From assembly GCA_965277715.1 (NCBI GenBank), contig OZ255836.1, positions 3,296,001 to 3,360,000 on the forward strand: DNA of 64,000 bases, written 5' to 3'. This DNA comes from Gammaproteobacteria bacterium (lineage in GTDB: Bacteria; Pseudomonadota; Gammaproteobacteria; JBCCGL01). A model generated the notes under the pieces. That model was not told where the DNA came from, searched no databases, and saw nothing but the letters and a program-made list of their open reading frames with translations. Below, piece after piece: positions 19,696 to 30,537 of this stretch; positions within the stretch are counted from its first letter, which is position 1, and each line of letters opens with the position of its first letter. The position numbers were made by a program, and so were the translations under genes.

Positions 19696-20412
19696 ATGAG
19701 CAATACAAGCCATTCCCATCACGTCCTTATCGTCGAAGACGACGCCGTGACGCGCACACGGATAACAGCTTACTTTGAAGCGGAGGGGTATCGCGTTAGC
19801 GAATCGGAAGATGGCAATGGTATCCACCGGCTATTGGCTGAATCCAATATTGATGTGGTGCTGATGGATATTAACCTGCCGGGCAACGATGGCCTGCAAC
19901 TGGCCAAAACGCTGAGTGAAAAAACCGATGTCGGGATTATTCTGGTGAGTGCACGCGACGATGAAATTGACCGTATCGTCGGTCTGGAGATTGGCGCTGA
20001 CGACTATGTGACGAAACCGTTTAACCCGCGTGAGCTGTTGGCGAGGGTGAAAAACCTGATTCGCCGTAGCCAGTCTGACTGGCACAAACACAACAAACAG
20101 CGCAGCAAATCATTTTCCGGCTGGACACTGGATTTATCGCGCCGCTGCCTCGATTCTGATGCACAGACCAATATCCCTCTCACCCGTGGTGAATTTGAGT
20201 TATTGATCGCGTTTCTCGACCATCCGGGTGAAACCTTACACCGCGAACGGTTGATGGAGAAAATTACCCATCGGGTGTGGACACCCAATGAGCGCACCAT
20301 CGATGTATTGGTGCGCCGACTGCGCAGTAAGCTTGAATCTAACCCGCACGAGCCAGGTATTATTCTCACTGTACACGGTGAGGGGTATTTGTTTGCCAGT
20401 GAGGTGTTGTAA
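19696..20412 (+). CDS. OmpR-family response regulator (TorR/ArcA-like), no adjacent kinase
   Basis: VEDD, MDINLPG, GADDYVTKPFNPREL, winged-helix RTIDVLVRRLRSK. Confidence 0.92.
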   Translation: MSNTSHSHHVLIVEDDAVTRTRITAYFEAEGYRVSESEDGNGIHRLLAESNIDVVLMDINLPGNDGLQLAKTLSEKTDVGIILVSARDDEIDRIVGLEIGADDYVTKPFNPRELLARVKNLIRRSQSDWHKHNKQRSKSFSGWTLDLSRRCLDSDAQTNIPLTRGEFELLIAFLDHPGETLHRERLMEKITHRVWTPNERTIDVLVRRLRSKLESNPHEPGIILTVHGEGYLFASEVL

Positions 20413-20421
20413 TAAGAGGGG

Positions 20422-20688
20422 CTAATCCAAGGTGTGCTGGTTTAGTTTTTTGCGCAAAGTGCCCCGGCTGATACCCAAATACTCTGCGGCGCGGGTTTGG
20501 TTTCCGCCGGTTTTGCGCAGCACGACATCGAGTAGGGTTTGCTCAACTTCTCCCACCACCATTTTATACAGCTCGCCTGGCTTCTGCCCACCCAGCATTT
20601 CAAAATAACGTTGTAGTTCGGTTTCCACGCACACTTTAAGCGGGGTTTTCACACTGGTCATATTGGCAGTAAGGTCTTTATGCGGCAC
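20422..20688 (-). CDS. fis: DNA-binding protein Fis
   Basis: GNQTRAAEYLGISRGTLRKKL; downstream of dusB. Confidence 0.92.
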   Translation of the reverse strand: MPHKDLTANMTSVKTPLKVCVETELQRYFEMLGGQKPGELYKMVVGEVEQTLLDVVLRKTGGNQTRAAEYLGISRGTLRKKLNQHTLD

Positions 20689-21691
20689 TGCTTAGCACCT
20701 GTTCTTTATGCCAGTATTGTTGATCCCAGCATTGGTCTTCAAAATAGCGCTGTACCATGGCGAGTTGCTCCGTGCAGGAATCGGTATGGTTCACCGCATC
20801 GCGAAAGCGTGCACTACCGGGCCGGGATTTGCAGTACCAACCGATGTGTTTGCGCGCCACCCGGGCGCCGGTGCGTTCACCGTAAAATGCGTACAGGTTA
20901 CGCAAATGAGAGAGGAGTACATCGCGGACTTCATCGGTGTTTGGTGGTGCACGTTTTTTACCCGTTTTCAGGTAGTGTTCAATCTCGCGAAAGATCCACG
21001 GGTTGCCCTGTGCGGCACGGCCAATCATCACGGCATCCGCCGCTGTGTAATCGAGCACATATTTGGCGTCTTCAGGGGTACGGATATCGCCATTGGCTAT
21101 CACCGGGATGGCTATCGCCGCTTTAATCGCCGCGATGGTGTCATACTCAGCGTCTCCTTTGTATTTGTCAGCGCGGGTCCGCCCGTGAACGGCCAGTGCC
21201 TGGATGCCTGCGTCCTCTGCAATTTTTGCGATGACCACACCGTTGCGGCGGCTGCGATCCGGGCCGGTGCGGATTTTTAAGGTAACGGGCACCGACACAG
21301 CATCGACCACTGTACTGAGGATACGGGCCACCAGATCCTCGTCGCTGAGCAGCGCTGAACCCGCCAGTGCATTGCATACCCGCTTGGCTGGGCAGCCCAT
21401 ATTGATGTCGATAATTTGCGCGCCGTTGTCAACATTATGGCGGGCCGCATTGGCCAGCATATCTGGATCAGCCCCGGCAATCTGCACGATGCGCGGCGCC
21501 ACTTCACCGGTGTGATCCATCCGCCGCCGGGTCTGCTCAGAACCCCAGAGCAGTGCATTGGCAACCACCATTTCCGAGACGGCCATCCCCGCGCCCAAGG
21601 TTTTGGATAAGTGCCGGAATGGGCGATCGGTAACACCCGCCATCGGTGCCAGTACCAGGTTGTTGGGAAGTTTGTAAGAGCCTATTTGCAC
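20678..21691 (-). CDS. dusB: tRNA-dihydrouridine synthase B
   Basis: LAPMAGVTD, DINMGCP, VHGRTR, ANGDI, MIGRAAQGNPW. Confidence 0.96.
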   Translation of the reverse strand: MQIGSYKLPNNLVLAPMAGVTDRPFRHLSKTLGAGMAVSEMVVANALLWGSEQTRRRMDHTGEVAPRIVQIAGADPDMLANAARHNVDNGAQIIDINMGCPAKRVCNALAGSALLSDEDLVARILSTVVDAVSVPVTLKIRTGPDRSRRNGVVIAKIAEDAGIQALAVHGRTRADKYKGDAEYDTIAAIKAAIAIPVIANGDIRTPEDAKYVLDYTAADAVMIGRAAQGNPWIFREIEHYLKTGKKRAPPNTDEVRDVLLSHLRNLYAFYGERTGARVARKHIGWYCKSRPGSARFRDAVNHTDSCTEQLAMVQRYFEDQCWDQQYWHKEQVLSSAA

Positions 21692-21907
21692 AGTGATTAA
21701 TTATAGTTATTTTAATGGAAGAGGATCATACCGAGTTTGCCGGTAGACGAAAAGACCTGTGTGGCATGCTTTTAGGTATTGGTGGCACGTTAAAGAAGCG
21801 AAAATCCGCACTGAAAAATCCGCCTGCGCGGTAGAGTTATCGGGCACTTATTGTTAATCAGGGCTAACGACCTACCACCGGTTCAGGCAATATCTGGTGC
21901 GCGTCTC

Positions 21908-22816
21908 TCATAAAAATGCCAGCTCAAATGTCAATGCATCGTTACCTGGATCATGCACCTCAAGGGTGATTGTCACGGGCGACCCCGGCGACATTAAGCC
22001 GCTGGCACTGGATGCATCGAGATAATTTTCTGGTGTGAAGTTCCGTTGGGCAATGATTTCCCCGCGCACATTAGCCATGTGGATGGCCAGGGTTGGAAAG
22101 GGTTGTGCATAGTGCGCGTTATTAATCATCGCCAGGCTGATAATCAATGCGTCGTCGATATTCGGGTGTGAATAAACGCTGTGCCTCAATAATTCGATTG
22201 CATCGATGTTGCGCAGTGGATCGGGCTGGCAGCCGGTGTAGTGGCAAAACTGCTGGAGTACCGGGCGAATCTGTGGCTCGGTCATCAATGCAGCCCAATG
22301 GTTGTATACCCATTGCCCGCCGAGCGTCAGGAGCAAAATAACACACCCCAATGACCACCAGCCTGTACCCGATGCAGTGCGTGGTTTGGTCTGGTGCAGT
22401 AATTCGAGGGGGTCTTCCTCATCCCGCAGGGCGCTGTTATCGGGTTCGGGGTCGGGATCATTGGAGGCTGTGGGTTGCCCGCTGACTATGGGGTTAAGTG
22501 TGTCATCCCAGTCGTCGTCAAATGGTGAAATACCCCAAGGTGGTGGGTCGTCTTCAAAACCGGTAATACCTCCACGTCGGCGTGTGTCTGCCTGACCGGC
22601 GCCCGGTTTCGCTGGGGGGTAAGTTGTATTTGGCGATGAGTGGGTCGGGGTGGTTGACCGGATCTTTGTCGCTATAGGCGGTGGTTCGTGTAGCAGGCAA
22701 TCCCGCGCATTAAACACGGTGCGGCACACACCACAGCGGGCGCGGGCATCGAGTGTGTCGATCAGTTCCTGTTTGACTGCAAACAGGGTTTCACATTTAG
22801 GGCAACGGGTTTGCAT
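21908..22816 (-). CDS. Zinc-ribbon and DUF3426 domain protein
   Basis: TRCPKCETLF..RCGVCRTVF zinc finger, linker, TM, C-terminal domain; usual prmA neighbour. Confidence 0.88.
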   Translation of the reverse strand: MQTRCPKCETLFAVKQELIDTLDARARCGVCRTVFNARDCLLHEPPPIATKIRSTTPTHSSPNTTYPPAKPGAGQADTRRRGGITGFEDDPPPWGISPFDDDWDDTLNPIVSGQPTASNDPDPEPDNSALRDEEDPLELLHQTKPRTASGTGWWSLGCVILLLTLGGQWVYNHWAALMTEPQIRPVLQQFCHYTGCQPDPLRNIDAIELLRHSVYSHPNIDDALIISLAMINNAHYAQPFPTLAIHMANVRGEIIAQRNFTPENYLDASSASGLMSPGSPVTITLEVHDPGNDALTFELAFL

Positions 22817-22833
22817 AGGGTGGCGTGTTCAGG

Positions 22834-23799
22834 CTAACCGTCCGCAGGTAAATGTTGTGGCTGCTCGCGCCGTCTGGCGGACAGGCAGGCCCAGCACTCA
22901 TCGGCAGTGCATTGCATGGATTCAAACCAGGGCGTGTAGGCTGCCCATACAGCGTCGACCTGTTCAACCAACAAACCCGACAAGACAATACGCCCACCGC
23001 CTGCACACAGTGTCGCCAGGGTTTGGGCGAGGTCAATCAGTGGCCCGGCCAGAATATTGGCGATGACAATATCTGCCGCAGCGATACCCACTTGCGCTGC
23101 GTCTGTTTGAGCATTTTTTACCGGGGTTATACAGGTACACGACAACTGTGCCCCGACGCAGTTAACCCGTGCATTGTCAACGCTTGCCTGAACGGCCTGT
23201 GGGTCTATATCGGTCGCGTAAACGTGGCTGGCTCCCAGCAACAAGGCGGCGATACCGAGCACGCCGGAACCACAGCCATAATCGACAACGGTGGCATTGT
23301 GTACATCGTTAGCGTCCAGCCAGCGCAAGCACATGGCTGTAGTGGGGTGGGTGCCTGTACCAAAGGCGAGACCGGGGTCGAGTCGTAAGACCACAGCGGG
23401 GGGTGGCGGTGGTTCAAGTGCCAGTGGGCATATCCATAAACGCTGACCGAACTGCATAGGGACAAAATCATCCAGCCAGGCCCGCGACCAAAGGCGGTCG
23501 GGTAGATGTTCAACCTGAATAGCCTGCCGGTCGAACGCGTCTATTTTGCCTGATAAGTCGGTCAGTATGCGGGTGTAGTCGCTGCCTTGTGCGAACAACG
23601 CCGTTAGATTGAGGGTCTCCCACAAAATGATCTCACCCGGCCCTGGTTCCAGCACAGGGTTGTCTTCACCGTCCCGGTAGGTAATCGATAGTGCACCAAC
23701 GGCCTGCAGGGCAGACTCCCAGCACGGCAGTTGGTCTGGAGCCAGGTCGATACGCAGTTGCAACCAGTCTGTTTGCGGGCAGGCCTCTGGTTTGAGCAT
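22834..23799 (-). CDS. prmA: Ribosomal protein L11 methyltransferase
   Basis: LDPGLAFGTGTHPTT, DYGCGSGVL, ANILAGPL. Confidence 0.95.
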   Translation of the reverse strand: MLKPEACPQTDWLQLRIDLAPDQLPCWESALQAVGALSITYRDGEDNPVLEPGPGEIILWETLNLTALFAQGSDYTRILTDLSGKIDAFDRQAIQVEHLPDRLWSRAWLDDFVPMQFGQRLWICPLALEPPPPPAVVLRLDPGLAFGTGTHPTTAMCLRWLDANDVHNATVVDYGCGSGVLGIAALLLGASHVYATDIDPQAVQASVDNARVNCVGAQLSCTCITPVKNAQTDAAQVGIAAADIVIANILAGPLIDLAQTLATLCAGGGRIVLSGLLVEQVDAVWAAYTPWFESMQCTADECWACLSARRREQPQHLPADG

Positions 23800-23803
23800 A
23801 CCG

Positions 23804-25144
23804 TTATATTCCGAGTTTTTTCTCCAGGTAGTGAATATCCATACCTCCCTGGCGAAACCCCTGATCACTAAAGATGCGTTGTTGCAGAGGGATATTGGTT
23901 TTTATTCCGTCGATGAATATTTCACTGAGCGCGCCATTCATGCGCGCCGATGCTGAATTACGCGTATTGCCCCAGACGATGAGTTTGCCGATCATCGAGT
24001 CGTAATTCGGTGGTACTTTGTAGCCGTTGTAGATGTGTGAATCGACCCGCACACCCAGGCCACCGGGCACATGGTATTGGCTGATGGTGCCTGGTGAAGG
24101 CATAAAGGTCTCGGGGTCTTCGGCGTTGATGCGGCACTCGAAGGCGTGGCCTTTGATTTTGACATCCTCCTGTTTGTAATACAGCGGCTCACCTGCGGCG
24201 ATATGCAGTTGCTGGCGAATAATATCGATGCCGGTAATCATTTCCGTAACCGGGTGCTCTACCTGCACGCGGGTATTCATTTCGATAAAGTAGAATTCGT
24301 CATTCTCGTACAAAAATTCAAACGTACCCGCCCCCCGATAGCCAATGCGTCGGCACGCTTCGGCGCAGCGCTCACCAATTCTATTGCGCACTTCCGGTGT
24401 AATTCCCGGTGCCGGTGCCTCTTCGACCACTTTCTGGTGACGGCGCTGCATCGAACAGTCGCGCTCCCCCAGGTGGATGGCGTTGCCATGTTCATCGGCG
24501 AGCACCTGAAATTCGACATGGCGCGGTGTGCCGAGGAATTTTTCCATGTACACAACGTCGTTATTAAACGCTGCGGCCGCCTCCGCTTTGGTTAAGGCAA
24601 TCGACTCGATCAGGTCTTCGGCGCGTTCGACCACACGCATACCGCGCCCGCCGCCACCGCCAGCGGCTTTAACAATTACCGGGTAGCCAATGGTTTCGGC
24701 TATGTCCAGGTTGCGCTGGGCATTGTTATCCAGCGGGCCATCTGAACCGGGGACACAAGGCACGCCCGCCGCCCGCATCTCGCGAATCGCGGCGACTTTA
24801 TCGCCCATGATACGAATAGTTTCGGCGCGTGGGCCAATAAAGACAAAACCGCTGGATTCGACCCGTTCGGCAAAATCGGCGTTTTCAGAGAGAAAGCCGT
24901 AACCGGGGTGAATGGCGTCGGCGTTGGTAATTTCTGCCGCGCTGATCAGCGCGGGAATATTAAGGTAACTCTTGACTGAGGGCGCGGGGCCGATGCACAC
25001 CGTCTCATCAGCCAGGCGTACATGTTTTAGGTCACGGTCTGCACTGGAGTAGACCGCGACGGTTTTAATGCCCCGGTCACGACAACAGCGCATGATGCGC
25101 AAGGCGATTTCGCCACGGTTGGCGATCAGTACTTTTTTTAGCAT
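23804..25144 (-). CDS. accC: Acetyl-CoA carboxylase biotin carboxylase
   Basis: [28 protein letters not shown]. Confidence 0.98.
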   Translation of the reverse strand: MLKKVLIANRGEIALRIMRCCRDRGIKTVAVYSSADRDLKHVRLADETVCIGPAPSVKSYLNIPALISAAEITNADAIHPGYGFLSENADFAERVESSGFVFIGPRAETIRIMGDKVAAIREMRAAGVPCVPGSDGPLDNNAQRNLDIAETIGYPVIVKAAGGGGGRGMRVVERAEDLIESIALTKAEAAAAFNNDVVYMEKFLGTPRHVEFQVLADEHGNAIHLGERDCSMQRRHQKVVEEAPAPGITPEVRNRIGERCAEACRRIGYRGAGTFEFLYENDEFYFIEMNTRVQVEHPVTEMITGIDIIRQQLHIAAGEPLYYKQEDVKIKGHAFECRINAEDPETFMPSPGTISQYHVPGGLGVRVDSHIYNGYKVPPNYDSMIGKLIVWGNTRNSASARMNGALSEIFIDGIKTNIPLQQRIFSDQGFRQGGMDIHYLEKKLGI

Positions 25145-25158
25145 AGTGATCCCGCCGT

Positions 25159-25629
25159 CTATTCGATCACGAACAGCGGTTCGCCAAACTCTACCGGCTG
25201 ACCGTCTTCAACCAATACAGCCCGCACGGTACCGGATGCCTCGGCCTCGATTTGATTGAGGATTTTCATCGCTTCAATAATGCACAGGTTAGTCCCTGCG
25301 CTCACCGTGTCACCGACATTGACAAAGGGTTCAGCTCCCGGCGATGAGGCGCGGTAAAAAGTACCCACCATCGGTGAGGTAAATGTATTCGCGGCGGGGG
25401 CGGCGGGTGCTGGCTCAGGCGTGGGGGGGGCAGTGTTGGCTAACGTCGGCATCGCTTGCATCGGCGCCTGGGGCAGCGCCTGGGGCATCATCATGGGCGC
25501 TGCCATTTGAGTCGCCAGAGGGCCACGGTTAATCCGCACCGACTCTTCGCCCTCCTGTATTTCAATTTCAGAAATATCTGAATTTTCAACGAGTTCGATC
25601 AGTTTTTTTATTTTACGAATATCCATCAA
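25159..25629 (-). CDS. accB: Biotin carboxyl carrier protein
   Basis: SPMVGTFY and IIEAMK biotinyl-lysine motif. Confidence 0.98.
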   Translation of the reverse strand: MMDIRKIKKLIELVENSDISEIEIQEGEESVRINRGPLATQMAAPMMMPQALPQAPMQAMPTLANTAPPTPEPAPAAPAANTFTSPMVGTFYRASSPGAEPFVNVGDTVSAGTNLCIIEAMKILNQIEAEASGTVRAVLVEDGQPVEFGEPLFVIE

Positions 25630-25673
25630 GGTTACCCAGACAATGAAATGGTTTGGCCTAAATTAATTTAGGT

Positions 25674-26105
25674 TTAATGGTTCAGCGCGACCTGCAAGGC
25701 AAATTGGTAGCCTTTGGCTCCCAAACCTGTAATCACGCCAACGGCTATGTCAGAAAAATACGAGTGGTGTCGAAATGCATCACGGGAGTAAACATTGGAC
25801 AAATGCACCTCAATAAAGGGAATCGATACGGCTAGCAAGGCGTCGCGCAAGGCCACACTGGTGTGGGTAAACGCGGCGGGGTTGATGATAATAAAGTCGA
25901 CCGATTCGTCGCGTGCTGTGTGAATACGCCCGATCAAATCAGCTTCTGCGTTGCTTTGAAAGTGCGCCAGAGACGCCCCGGCATCACCTGCCTGTTCGAC
26001 CAGGCGTTGGTTGATGGCGGCCAGCGTATCGTTGCCGTAGTGGCCCGGTTCACGGGTGCCGAGTAAATTCAGATTGGGGCCGTGCAGTGTAAGTATTTTC
26101 CGCAT
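25674..26105 (-). CDS. aroQ: Type II 3-dehydroquinate dehydratase
   Basis: [31 protein letters not shown]. Confidence 0.98.
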   Translation of the reverse strand: MRKILTLHGPNLNLLGTREPGHYGNDTLAAINQRLVEQAGDAGASLAHFQSNAEADLIGRIHTARDESVDFIIINPAAFTHTSVALRDALLAVSIPFIEVHLSNVYSRDAFRHHSYFSDIAVGVITGLGAKGYQFALQVALNH

Positions 26106-26332
26106 TGCTTATTGTATTGTGTCGGCACAGGAAGTGAAACGGATAGTCTGCCGGAATTCACAAAAATTGTCCACTTAGTGGTGGTTGCAGGGTATTTACC
26201 GGGAAATCACAACATTTCACGTATTTTACTCACTCCCCATAGTGATTGAGAACGCCCCCTGTCAGGCGCTCGTAGCGAGGTAAAAGCCCCTTTCAGTGGG
26301 AGAGAGGCTTTTGGTCGGTACTCACAATAAAC

Positions 26333-26801
26333 CTACTGGCTCAACGATAGCCAAAACGCATTGCCTTTTTCAAGGTTGGATGACAAATCACCCAGCCACT
26401 GGGTGTTGACGCGTTGGCTGTAGTTCAAGTACAGCTTGTCATCGATGATACGCCAGGCGGATGGGTCGACATCGGCCAGTGCATTGTGCGCAGCGGCAAA
26501 GGCACAATGCCCACCAAACTGGGGTGCATACTTTTCCGGGTTGTTTTCAAACAGCGTTTTATTTTCGGCGCTGGAGAATGCCCATTTGGCCCCGTTGTAT
26601 TCAGCCAGAAATTTATCTGAACCCTGTACCGGCCTGCCTTCGGTAAAGTAGGCGACGGTATCGTAGCCATGAATGGCCAAACCGTCTCCACCTTTGGTAT
26701 TAAAAACCGTCTCCACCTTTGGTATTAACCGGTGTTGCTGCGCTGGCAGCACCGCCAATAAACAGCAGCGAGAGAAGGGCGTAAATAAGAGGGTGTTTCA
26801 T
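26333..26801 (-). pseudogene. Secreted YHS-domain protein interrupted by a 25-bp tandem duplication
   Basis: GYDTVAYF..PEKYAPQFGGHCAF motif; GGAG + ATG 26801 encodes a signal peptide that is in frame only if one repeat unit is removed. Confidence 0.85.
26679..26728. repeat. Perfect 2x25-bp tandem repeat
   Basis: AAACCGTCTCCACCTTTGGTATTAA at 26679-26703 and 26704-26728. Confidence 0.95.
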
Positions 26802-26878
26802 GGTGTAGTCTCCAGTGTCGGCGTAACAAACACAGACAACCCACAATAACATTTGTTCACTACAGTACGCCCAGACTC

Positions 26879-28054
26879 TTAGGCAAAGCTCAGTGCCGCC
26901 TCCAGTTCTGCCAGCAGGTCGTCGATATCCTCCACGCCCACCGACAAACGCACGAGTGAATCATCGATGCCGAGCTGCGCACGCACATCGGCGGGCAGTG
27001 AGGCATGGGTCATAATCGCCGGGTGCTCGATCAGGCTCTCGACACCGCCCAGGCTTTCGGCGAGGGCAAACAGTTCGCAGTGTTCCAAAAATGTACGCGA
27101 CTCCTTGAGGCCACCGTGCAATACCGCCGTCACCATACCGCCAAAGCCGTGCATCTGCCGTTTGGCCAGAGCGTGTTGTGGGTGCGATGCCAGGCCGGGG
27201 TAGTAAACCCGGTCAACCTTGGGGTGGGCTTCGAGAAATTCAGCGACTCTTTGGGCGTTTTCACAGTGCGCCCGCATGCGTAACGCCAGTGTTTTCACCC
27301 CACGCATCGCCAGGAATGCATCAAAAGGCCCAGTGACGCCGCCGACAGCAAATTGGAAAAATTTAATCTTTTCGATCAATTCCGGGTCGTCGCGCACCAC
27401 TACTGCCCCCCCCACCATGTCTGAGTGGCCATTAATGTATTTGGTCACCGAGTGCATCACCAGATCAAAACCAAAATCCAGTGGGTTTTGCAGGCAGGGC
27501 GTGGCAAACGTGTTATCGCATACGGTAATCAGGCCGTGTTTCCTGGCGACATCGGCGATGGCCTGCAGGTCGATAATTTTCAGCAGGGGGTTGCTGGGGG
27601 TTTCGACCCACACCATTTTGGTATTGGGCTGGATTGCCGCTTCCAGATTATCGATATTCGATAAGTCGGCAAAGCTGGTTTGCAGCCCTGTAGTGCGTGC
27701 CCGCACTTTGTGAAACAGGCGATGGGTACCGCCGTAAAGATCGTCCAGGGCGATCACGTGCGAGTCGCGATCCAACAGATCGAGAATAGCGCTACCAGCC
27801 GCCAGGCCCGAGGCGAAAGCAACCCCCGCCGCCCCGTTTTCCAGGCTGGCGATGCAGGCTTCAAACGCACTGCGTGTCGGGTTAGTGCCACGGCTATAGT
27901 CGTAGCCTTTATCCACGCCAGGGCTCTCCTGAACATAGGTTGAGGTGGCGTAAATTGGCGTCATAATCGCCCCGGTAGTGGGGTCAGGTGATTGCCCTGC
28001 GTGGATGGCGCGCGTGGCGAAGCCGTGTTTTTTTGATTCGTTCATACGGGGCAT
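26879..28054 (-). CDS. Cystathionine gamma-synthase/gamma-lyase family PLP enzyme
   Basis: YSRGTNPTR, VETPSNP, DNTFATP, HSVTKYINGHSD, AESLGGVESL. Confidence 0.93.
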   Translation of the reverse strand: MPRMNESKKHGFATRAIHAGQSPDPTTGAIMTPIYATSTYVQESPGVDKGYDYSRGTNPTRSAFEACIASLENGAAGVAFASGLAAGSAILDLLDRDSHVIALDDLYGGTHRLFHKVRARTTGLQTSFADLSNIDNLEAAIQPNTKMVWVETPSNPLLKIIDLQAIADVARKHGLITVCDNTFATPCLQNPLDFGFDLVMHSVTKYINGHSDMVGGAVVVRDDPELIEKIKFFQFAVGGVTGPFDAFLAMRGVKTLALRMRAHCENAQRVAEFLEAHPKVDRVYYPGLASHPQHALAKRQMHGFGGMVTAVLHGGLKESRTFLEHCELFALAESLGGVESLIEHPAIMTHASLPADVRAQLGIDDSLVRLSVGVEDIDDLLAELEAALSFA

Positions 28055-28236
28055 TACCTTGAAGATTGAGTGTAAAAATAGAATGGCAGTCAGTTTTCAG
28101 ATTAAACACTCTTTTCCTGGAACTCAATAGTAAACTGCCTTGTTTGATACGGTTGTTTATCTGAGAACAGATCAAAATTATTCTCTCCCCCTCTACTGCC
28201 AAACGGTAGAATCGGCTTTTTTTAAGAGCGTCTTCT

Positions 28237-29466
28237 GTGGCCTCCTGGTGTGTTGAATATCTTTCCTTCGTGCGTAACAACCAGCGCTTTCTCAGCTTTG
28301 GTCTGTTGTTGTGTTTTACCTCCAGCGCGGGACAAACGTTTTTTATCGGCATTTTTGGCCCGGATATTCGCGCCGAGTTCTCACTCAGCCACACTGAGTG
28401 GGGCACGCTCTACTTAATCGGTACACTGGCCAGCGCCCTACTGCTGCCGTGGAGTGGGCAGTTGATCGACCGCCTTGCGCTGCGTTGGTTTGTGTGCATC
28501 GCGCTGTTCGGTCTGGTGTTGGCCTGTGTGTCGATCAGCCTGGTCAATTCGGTGTGGTTGGTGGCGCTGGCGGTGTTTTTATTGCGGCAGTTTGGCCAGG
28601 GGTTAACCAGCCTTGGCGGGAGTACATCGATGGCGCGCTATTTCGGTGCGCACCGGGGCAAGGCGATAGCGCTCTCTTCAGTCGGGTTTTCGCTGGGCGA
28701 GTCGATATTGCCGGTTGCGGCGGTGTTGGCTATTTCGCTGTGGGGGTGGCGCAATACCTATCAAATGGCGGCAGGTGGTGTGCTGCTGTTGATCCCGCTG
28801 GCGCTGTGGCTGTTGCGCGGCCATGGCCAACGCCACGCAGCGCATCTCGCCACACTGCAAACCGAACAGGATACAACGGCGACAGCAGGGGGGTATACGC
28901 GCAAACAAGTCCTCAGTGAGAAACGCTTTTACCTTATGCTACCGGCTATTCTCGCCCCGTCGCTGATTATTACTGCCTTGTTTTTTCATCACTTGACCCT
29001 GGCCGAAGACAAACAATGGTCGGCGCAATGGGTGACGGGGAATTACTGGGTTTATGCGCTGGCGACAGTGGCCACCTCACTTGTTGCGGGGCCAGTGATT
29101 GACCGTATTACCGCCGTGCGCATTATGCCGCTTTACTTGTTGCCGCTGGTGGTGTCGATGTTGATTATCGGCCCTGCCGTCTCTCCACTTTGGTTGTTTC
29201 CCTATTTGTTACTGGCGGGGGTTAATTCAGGGTTTTACTTCACGGGGTTAACCGCTATGTGGGCGGAGCTTTACGGCGCCCGGTTTTTGGGGGCTATCAA
29301 GTCGCTGATGACGGCGCTGGGTGTGTTGGCGTCCGCGCTTGGCCCGGTCAGTGTGGGGTTGATGCTGGATGCCGGTTTGAGCATGGAAACGGTGTGTTTA
29401 TGGTTTGCCGTCGCCTGCCTGGTATCGACATTGCTTTTGATCCGGGCGTTGCCTGCACAGAAATAA
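28237..29466 (+). CDS. MFS transporter
   Basis: About 12 hydrophobic segments; GQLIDR and GPVIDR loop motifs. Confidence 0.9.
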   Translation: MASWCVEYLSFVRNNQRFLSFGLLLCFTSSAGQTFFIGIFGPDIRAEFSLSHTEWGTLYLIGTLASALLLPWSGQLIDRLALRWFVCIALFGLVLACVSISLVNSVWLVALAVFLLRQFGQGLTSLGGSTSMARYFGAHRGKAIALSSVGFSLGESILPVAAVLAISLWGWRNTYQMAAGGVLLLIPLALWLLRGHGQRHAAHLATLQTEQDTTATAGGYTRKQVLSEKRFYLMLPAILAPSLIITALFFHHLTLAEDKQWSAQWVTGNYWVYALATVATSLVAGPVIDRITAVRIMPLYLLPLVVSMLIIGPAVSPLWLFPYLLLAGVNSGFYFTGLTAMWAELYGARFLGAIKSLMTALGVLASALGPVSVGLMLDAGLSMETVCLWFAVACLVSTLLLIRALPAQK

Positions 29467-29728
29467 AAACCAGGTGGCCGCCACACTAAAACAGCAAATC
29501 ACCAAACGCAATTATCTGATCAAAATAGTCTGCATCAACCACGCTTTGTTTCACACCATTGACATGGATCAACACCGGCCTGATGCTGAAACCTCTTGGC
29601 AACGACAGGCCCGCCTAAATTGAATTATGGCGATTTGTTTACCTACGCGTTGGCTAAAAGCCGCTCGTGGTTTCATCTGTTTTCCCCGGCCTGTTTTTAT
29701 CAACCAGACTCGATCAGCTCTTGATGGG

Positions 29729-30451
29729 CTAAGATACCAGCAAGCTAATAGCCGCACAGGCCAGCACGACAGAAACGCCGTGTTGAAAGGAGTGAATGGA
29801 TATTTTCTGCAATAAATACCGCCCCACTAACGCAGCACTGACAGCGCTGATAATCAGGGCGGGTATGACGTAAATATGCTGCTCGCCGATTAGCCCGTCT
29901 TTGCTGTAAGCGGTAAGCTTTGCAATATTGGTGAGTACAGAGGTCGCCGCCATAATACCGACAAAGGCTTCTTTATCGAGTGACATGCCACGAAACAGGA
30001 TGGCTTTGATAATATTACCGCTGCCCAGAAGACCCGATAAAAAACCGTACAGACAAGCACCTGCAAATAATCCAGGCCTCTGTTTTTTTAACGCTAACTG
30101 CCACCCGCTGAAATTAACCAATAAATAGCACAGCAGCATAATGCCGAGCATTTTTTTGAGTAGTTCCGCTGGTACGGTGTCGACCAGCCCGGCGCCGATG
30201 TAGGCAAATGGCAGGCTGCCAATGGTCACCCAGGCGGCGACCCGCCAATCGATATCACCGCGAAATAATAAGGTTTTTGTTATCCCTGCAACCAGGAACA
30301 TGAGGGTGGCGAGCGCGATGGCTTCCTTAATCGGCAATACCAATGCGCCGAGGGACAGCAACAGGAGTGCTGTACCCAGACCAAACACGGCTGATACCAG
30401 TGAACTGGCAAATGCAAGCAGAACGAATGCGATGTATTCGATTCCGCCCAT
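29729..30451 (-). CDS. TauE/SafE sulfite-exporter family membrane protein
   Basis: SAVFGLGTA and GFLSGLLGSG repeats, about 8 TM. Confidence 0.82.
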   Translation of the reverse strand: MGGIEYIAFVLLAFASSLVSAVFGLGTALLLLSLGALVLPIKEAIALATLMFLVAGITKTLLFRGDIDWRVAAWVTIGSLPFAYIGAGLVDTVPAELLKKMLGIMLLCYLLVNFSGWQLALKKQRPGLFAGACLYGFLSGLLGSGNIIKAILFRGMSLDKEAFVGIMAATSVLTNIAKLTAYSKDGLIGEQHIYVIPALIISAVSAALVGRYLLQKISIHSFQHGVSVVLACAAISLLVS

Positions 30452-30537
30452 TTTAATGTGCGTATAAAAAAATTAACCTACAAGCATGTAGGTAAAGGGC
30501 GTGAGCACGGGGCGGGAGCTTTAACACCTCGTAGGGC

